Of a stretch of 64,000 bases of DNA, positions 58,200 through 64,000 are shown in pieces. The DNA comes from Prasinococcaceae sp. CCMP 1430 (taxonomy: Eukaryota; Plantae; Prasinodermophyta). The stretch spans positions 579,704 through 643,703 of the forward strand of contig RQSC01000032.1 of NCBI GenBank assembly GCA_013416795.1, read 5' to 3'. Every line of letters begins with the position of its first letter. Position 1 is the first letter of the stretch. The translations under genes were made by a program, and so were the position numbers. The notes beneath the pieces were generated by a model, which did no database searches, was not told the DNA's origin, and saw only the letters and a program-made list of their open reading frames with translations.

Positions 58200-61100
58200 G
58201 CAGAACGGCGGCGAGCGGTACGCCCGCGCAGAGCTGGGGTCCCGCGCCGTGTACTCGTGAGGGAGTGGCACCAACTACCAGCTGGGCACCGGCCTGTCCT
58301 CGGTCGAGAGCGTCCCGCAGGAGGTGAGTGGGCTGCGGGGCGCGCCGGTCGCGCACCTTTCGGCCGCAAAGTATCACAGCGCGGCAGTCACCGCTCGCGG
58401 AGAGCTCTACACGTGGGGATGGGCGCGCGGCGGCAGGCTCGGGCACGGCGCCGAGCGCGGCGACGCGGCGGATGCGCACGCGGGAGCTGGCCGGGGAGGA
58501 GAGGCGGCGGTGGTGCTGCCGAGGCTCGTCGCGGCGCTCGCGCGCGTGCGCGTGGTGAGCGTCGCGGCGGGGAAGCACCACACGCTGGCCATCGTGCGGA
58601 GGCCGATGGACGCCGGCGACGGCGCTAGTGCCGCAGCGTGCGGCGAGGTGTGGTCCTGGGGCGGGAACGCACACGGCCAGCTGGGCGCTGGCGGCGCGCC
58701 GTCCGCGGACGAGGCGTGCCCAGTCCCCCGACGCGTCGAGCGCCTGCGCGGGACGCAGTGCAATTGCGTGTGCGCCGCGAACAAGCACAGCGCGGCCGTC
58801 ACGGTGGCTGGCGCGCTCTACACCTGGGGTTCCAACGCCTCGGGCCAGCTCGGCTACACCACAGCGCCGGCGGGAGCGCCTGCCACGGCCCCGAGGGCGG
58901 TCGACGCGCTGCGAGACAGGCGAGTGACGCACGTGTCGACGGCGAAGCACCACACGCTCTGCGTCGCTGGGAGCAGGGACGGCGGGGGTGCGGGCAGGGG
59001 CGTGGCAGACGCCGCCGCCGCGGTGCTCATGGGCGGCGGCGATGGCGGCGGTCTGACCGGTGGCGTCGCGAGCGCTTCATTCGCGGCGCCCGCGCCCGTC
59101 GGTGGGAGCGGCGGAAGCGTCTTCCACTTTGGTCACGGTCGCCCCGCCCCGCGGAGGCTGCTCCTGTGGCGCGCGATGCCGGACGGCACACGCCTGCGCC
59201 TGCGCGTGAAGAGCGCCGCCGCCGGTGCCGGCCTGAGCGCCGCCCTGTGCGTGGGCGGCTACGCCATGTACTGGGCGAGCGACGACGTCGGCGGCCGCGA
59301 CGGCTCGGTCGCGAGCGCGGAGGTCCCGCTGCGCGGAGCAGGAGACGAGCGCGTGCAGGCCGTCGAGGTCGCCGCAGGGAAGACGCGCATTAGCGTGACG
59401 ACGGAGAGGGGGGACGTGTGGGTTGTTGCGCTGAGCGACGAGGGCGCGGCGCGGGGCAGGCGCCCGCGTGGCGGGGCCTCGCAGCACGCCAGTGCCTTCT
59501 GCTCCTCTCCGGGGAGGAGCGCAGGCGCCGCGGCCGCCTTCGGCACGTCCCCCAACGGGCGCGGCGGCGGCGAGCTGTACGTCGGCAGCCCGGGCGGGCA
59601 CGAGAACGGGGCGTCTCGGCAGCAACGCGCGGCGGAGCCGCCCTCGGTGAAGGTCGAGCGCGTGCCCCGCTTGCGGGGGGTGATCAAGCTCGCCGTGGGT
59701 GAGAAGCACAGCCTGGCCTTCACGGCTTCGCCCGCGCTGGTGGTGCCAGACGCCTACGCCCGCGCGCGGCGACAGGCGGCCGCCGGGCCGCGCGTTTCGA
59801 TTGCGACCGGTGCCGCGCGGGGCCGATGCGAGCGCGCGCGGCTGGGAGGCGATGCGGGAGGCGCCACGTGCTCGGCGGACGGCGCCGCGGGGGACGACGA
59901 CGAGTCGAGCGAGGCCGAGGGGGACGGCTGCGGCGGTGGAGGCGAGGAGAGTCGGGTTGCCGGTCTCCAGGAGCGAGCTGGACGCGAGGCGCGGCCATCA
60001 TTTGACCCCCCGCCTCTGAAGTCCATCGCCGCCGCCGCCCTCGCGGCGCAGGCATGCCCATCCAACCTCCCCTATATGGCGGAGACCGCTGACGCCGTTG
60101 GCCTGGGCAGCATCCGCGAATGGTGCATGGAATGCGTGGCGCAGCAGTTCGAGATGGTGCTGCTGCACGGCGGCACGGCACTCTACGAGGTCGTCAGGGA
60201 CTCGCCGCTCTTCGCCGCAATGTTGGAGACCCACTGCGCCATGCGATGGCCCGACGCGTCGCAGTCAGCGCGGGACGCCGAGGCCGACGCGATTGCCGGC
60301 GCCGCTCAGGGCACGCTCGGCGCGAGCGACGCGGACACCGGGGCTGGTGCGAGTGCTTGCGCGGTCGCAGGCGAGAGTGGCGCGCCTGCTGTTGCCGAGC
60401 CCGAGGCCGGCTTGCCCCGCGCTCTGCACACCGTGCGCACGAAGATTGCTCGCATCGACGAGCTCGAGGCCCTCTTCGTGTCGGGGGTCACGCTGAGTGA
60501 GGACCAGGTTGCGCAGTGCGCTCAGCGCGCCGACCTGGAGACCGCGCTGCGCGTGCTCATGATTGAGGCCGAGGCCGCCGGGCGGATGGACCTGCTCATT
60601 CCTGCCGGCGACGGTGGTGGTGCCGCAGACGACGCGCAGGCCACGGGGCCCTCCTGCTCGTCGGGATCGCCGCACAGCGGCAAGGGGAAGGGCAAGGGAC
60701 AGGGCAAGGGCAAGGGAAAGGGAAAGGCGCGGGGCGGTGCGGGCCAGCACGACCGCGAGCGCGAGCGTGGTCACGACGCGGCGTGGTTCGACCACCGCGG
60801 GAAGCAGCTCACCGCCAGCGCCTCGGCCTCGAGCGCCTCCCCCCAAGTTTCGAAGGCGGCCCTGAAGAACAGGCGCAGGCGGAGCAAGGGGAAGGCCACC
60901 ACGGTCGACGGCGTGCTGGCCGCGGACTCTGCCGCGGATGGCGGCGCGGCGCCTGCCGCCGACGCATCGAGCGTAGTCGCGGATTCGGCGGGCATCGCGA
61001 GCCCCTCGGCGAAGGCGGGCGCCGCGCGCGTCGCCTCGGCCGGCACCGCCGAGGCGTCGCCGCCGGCGTCGCAGGCAGCACCGCGCGATGTGGCTTCGCG

Positions 61101-61836
61101 TCGCGCCGATCTCCCTGAGCCCGCGGACGCCGGCACCCCCGCCTCGAGGCGCAAGCAGCCGCGCAAGCCGAAAAAGGGCGGCCTCTCCATGTTCCTCAGC
61201 GGCGAGCTCGAGGGTGCCCAAGCGCGACCGACTGCCGCCGCTTCGACGCAGCGGGCAGGCCCTGCCTCCAAGGCGGGGTGGGGCGCCGCCCAGGCGGCGC
61301 CCACCCCCGCGCCCCGCTCTCCGCACGCCCTGCCGGCGCACTCTCCGCCGATGCGTGCCACCGCGACCGCGCGAGGCGCGCTGGGAGCGAGCGAGCGCCC
61401 CTCTTCCGTGGGCTTCCGCGACATTCAGCAGGCGCAGGCTTCCAACGAGGCGAGCGCCACGGCGGTGCGCGCCGCGGCGCGGGCGACGGCATCGCCGCTC
61501 GGGCCCGCCCCTTCCAACGCCGGCGCGGGCGGTGGAGGCGGCAGCGGCCTGAGCCTGGCCGACTTCATGCCGGGCGCGCGGCTCGCCGCGGTCGGCGGTG
61601 GCGGCGGCCCCAGCGGGGGGGGTGGCCGCGTCACCCGGGGAAGCGGGCCGCCTGGGGCGTCGTCGTCGCCCGTTGGGGGCGCTGCTGCCAGCCCCGGCTC
61701 GTCGTTGAGCGCGATCATGAGCCAGCAGAGCAAGCAGCGCCAGCGCGACAGCGCCACCACGTGGGGGTCGGGAGGGGCCGCCGGCGGCGCGCTCGCGGGG
61801 GTGAGCGCGGCGCGGGCGTGGCGACAGTTTTCGTAG
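58200..61836 (+). CDS. IBTK-like RCC1-repeat/BACK protein (At3g03790-like); N-terminal ankyrins absent; in-frame TGA at 58258
   Basis: VYS*GSGTNYQLGTG, SAAKYHSAAVTARGELYTWGWARGGRLGHG, VWSWGGNAHGQLG, PPLKSIAAAAL (BACK), KKGGLSMFLSGEL, FRDIQ, LSLADF. Confidence 0.88.
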
Positions 61837-62058
61837 CCAACCAACAAAGGAAAGGTCATCCTCTTTCATCAAAGCGAGTTCTCACCTTTGCTTCCCTTTG
61901 CCCCCAGTACATTTGCGCCGCATGCGCGAGCGAAGCGTTGCGAGCGCAGCGCGGGCGCGCAGTGGCAGCTCGGTTCGGCCCTCAGCGCCGGGGGGAGAGC
62001 GCGCGCCTCGGCGGGCGCTACGCGGCCGCGGCGGCAAGGNCCGCCACCGGCATTGCCA

Positions 62059-62715
62059 TCAGCCGACAATCTCGAGCGCTTTCAGCGCGGCGTCGCGTGA
62101 GCGCCGGTTGCGCCTGCAGAGGTCCTTGAACTCTACGAGGGCGAGGTACAGCTGCCTGCCCGGCGTCTCCGGAGCGCCCTGCGCGGCCGCGTCAGCGCAC
62201 ACCTTGAACGCCGCGAACAGCGCCTCCTTGTCTTTGGCCTGCGCCACCGCGTCGGGCGTGCGTGCGATGACGGCCTGCGCCCAGCCGCAGATGTGCTCGT
62301 GGCAGAGCGTGCTCAGCGCCGCGAGCACGTCGGTGATCTCCGCCACGCGATACTCGGGCACGGCGCCGGCGACGCCGGCGAGCAGCTGCCGCAAGAGCGC
62401 CGCGCCCACGGGGGCCAAGGCTCCCACTACGAGCGGCGCCGCCTCGGGCATGTGCTGCAGCAGGCGTCCGCTGGGCGAGCGCAGCGACGGCGCCAGCGGC
62501 ACCTCGAGCAACGACGCGAGGAACGCGTACAGGCTCGTGCCCGCATCGCGGTGCTGCACGTTGGCGCCGGCCGCCGCGCTCGCCGTGAGCCGGGCGAGCG
62601 GGGCACCCTCGCGCAGCAGGAGGCCCGGCGCGTGGCGCAGGGTGACGCTCGACAGCAGGAACGTGTCGTCCGCGAGGTAGGGGTTGGCGTTGAAGGCCGA
62701 AGGGACCGCCCGCGC
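62059..62715 (-). CDS. Transportin-SR/MOS14 (TNPO3) C-terminal ~220 aa; the rest absent
   Basis: NPYLADDTFLL...RHAPGL, GAALLRQLLAGVAGAVP..RV, EFKDLCRRNRR. Confidence 0.72.
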   Translation of the reverse strand, partial: ARAVPSAFNANPYLADDTFLLSSVTLRHAPGLLLREGAPLARLTASAAAGANVQHRDAGTSLYAFLASLLEVPLAPSLRSPSGRLLQHMPEAAPLVVGALAPVGAALLRQLLAGVAGAVPEYRVAEITDVLAALSTLCHEHICGWAQAVIARTPDAVAQAKDKEALFAAFKVCADAAAQGAPETPGRQLYLALVEFKDLCRRNRRSRDAALKALEIVG

Positions 62716-63129
62716 GCCCGCCGCCGGCCGGCGCCGCCGATAGTTCGTCGCCCCTGTATGTTGAACCCTAATACCATGTAACCTCAAACACGCGCATCCT
62801 CCGAAGCGTACCCCGGACCCGTCCGCGCGCGCCGCGCGCGCGCGCGCCCGCCGGCCTGATCCTCAGATTTTTGGATCGGGAGCAATCTGCGGCGAGCGCG
62901 CATTTCGGACGCGGGCGTTTCGGGCGGAGGCGGGACGAACGCAGTGCGGAGGCGCCCTCAGAAACGCGCTTTCGGGAGGGGGGCGCGTGGCGGGCGCGCG
63001 CGCGCGCGCTGCGGGGCAGGGGAGCGCGCGCGGAGCAGTGGGGGGGGCGAGGGGTGGCACACAGCGCGCCCCCCCCTCCCTCTCCACCCACTCCCCCCCT
63101 CCTCCGCTCCCGCCCGCCTTTGTGTAGAC

Positions 63130-64000
63130 GCGATGGCGTCGGTGGTGACGGCGCGCTCGGCGCGCGCGGCCGCCTCGCTCGCCGAGGCCTTCTGCCTGTC
63201 CGCGAGGAGGGACGCGGCGAGGGCCGCGTCCTGTTCGGCCCGCAGCGAGCGCTGCATGGCCACCTCGGGGGGCGCGTCGGCCTCGGCGCGCGCGATGGAC
63301 TCGCGGCGGCGGCGCTCCGCCTCGATCGCTCGCTCGACCGTCGCCTCGTACGAGCTGTGCAAGTTCGAGGGCAGGCCGTGTCCGCCGTCGCCGTCAGCAT
63401 TTGGGGCACAGTGGTCGAGCATGGCGGCCTCGAGCATGCGCGCCTCCTCGGGGTCGACGCCGAGCGCCTTGAGCACCTCGGGGTTCAGGCCGCCGTCCGG
63501 AGGCAGGGCGGCCGTGCCGTCGACGCGCAGCCCCTCCCCCGAGCCGCCGGGATCCGCGCCGCTGGGCGGCTGGAGGGGCGGGTTCGGCGGGCGCTGCAGG
63601 GACGGGCCCGAGCCGACGTGTCGGAGGGACGCGCCGGGGGCCGCCCCGCCGGCGTCCTGAAGCGAAGCGGCGACTAGGCCGGGGGCCGCCCCGCCGGCGT
63701 CCTGGAGCGAAGCGGCGATGGCGGCGTTGAGGTCGCGCTCCGCGTCGGCCTCAGGGGTGCCCTCGTCGGCGGTCAGGTCCACGAAGGCCGACCCGACCTG
63801 GGGCTCAGGCCGCTGCTGGCGCGCCGTCGCGAGCGCGAACGCCTCGGCGTCGCTCATGAGTTGGTCTGGGTCGTCGCCGCCCCCTTGCTGCTGCTCGTGC
63901 TGCTGCTGCTCTTGCTGCTGCTCTTGCTGCTGCTGCCGCTGCTGCTGGCGGTGGTGGTGGTGGTGCTGCTCCTCCTCCTCCTCCTGCAAGGGTGGTGGCG
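63130..64000 (-). CDS. UIM-containing UBX-family (PUX8/9/13-like) protein, middle part; polyQ N-terminal region; UBX domain not present
   Basis: DLNAAIAASLQD (UIM), PEEARMLEAAML, RSLRAEQDAALAASLLADRQK. Confidence 0.62.
63633..63718. repeat. 45-bp in-frame tandem duplication (one mismatch over ~41 bp)
   Basis: gccgggggccgccccgccggcgtcctg(a/g)agcgaagcggcga at 63633 and 63678 encodes AASLQDAGGAAPG twice. Confidence 0.9.
63886..63987 (-). repeat. polyQ/polyH/polyE trinucleotide tract (CAG/CAC/GAG on the minus strand)
   Basis: Direct read: QEEEEEQHHHHHRQQQRQQQQEQQQEQQQHEQQQ. Confidence 0.9.

Noticed and set aside
58258-58260. Genome-wide UGA=Trp or selenocysteine recoding
   Set aside because: Many genes here end in TGA and use TGG for conserved Trp, and the site aligns to Trp rather than Cys.
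1-64000. Hundreds of Arg/Ala/Pro-rich overlapping and antisense ORFs
   Set aside because: Shadow frames expected from stop-codon scarcity in very GC-rich DNA; no domain motifs.
1-64000. Introner-element-type repeated introns
   Set aside because: Introns share only donor (GTGCGC/GTGAG), branch (GCTGAC) and acceptor motifs. I saw no extended identity between any two.

Overview
Eukaryotic nuclear DNA from a very GC-rich, gene-dense green alga (GC judged by eye, not computed). A prasinophyte-grade lineage is inferred from plastid-targeted genes, short GT-AG introns with GCTGAC branch points and telo-box/E2F promoter motifs. About 35 protein-coding genes or gene fragments are recognisable, mostly housekeeping: ERCC6, NagZ-type GH3, fibrillarin, QCR6, URI1, a TTF1/REB1-like Myb, DUF3531, a GNAT, CtpA, LysA, a MATE, RPN6, fused LEU1, a P4H, KDM5, TrmL, ORC3, a double bromodomain protein, a RING-H2, proteasome beta-6, Maf, LSM4, an ankyrin protein, Era, a DEDDy exonuclease, an ABA4-SnoaL-SnoaL fusion, an IBTK-like RCC1 protein, transportin-SR and a UBX-type protein. 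No tRNA, rRNA, CRISPR array or intact transposon is supported. The assembly is draft quality, with two long N gaps and four single-N joins. The dominant unexplained pattern is about ten N-free seams where conserved genes are cut mid-domain and abut an unrelated gene. These are most likely mis-joins, but real rearrangements cannot be excluded from sequence alone. The best biological leads are the ABA4/DUF4281 plus two SnoaL domain fusion, an in-frame TGA at a conserved RCC1 Trp, and an Era G-domain/3'-5' exonuclease ORF. None is shown here to be a new system.
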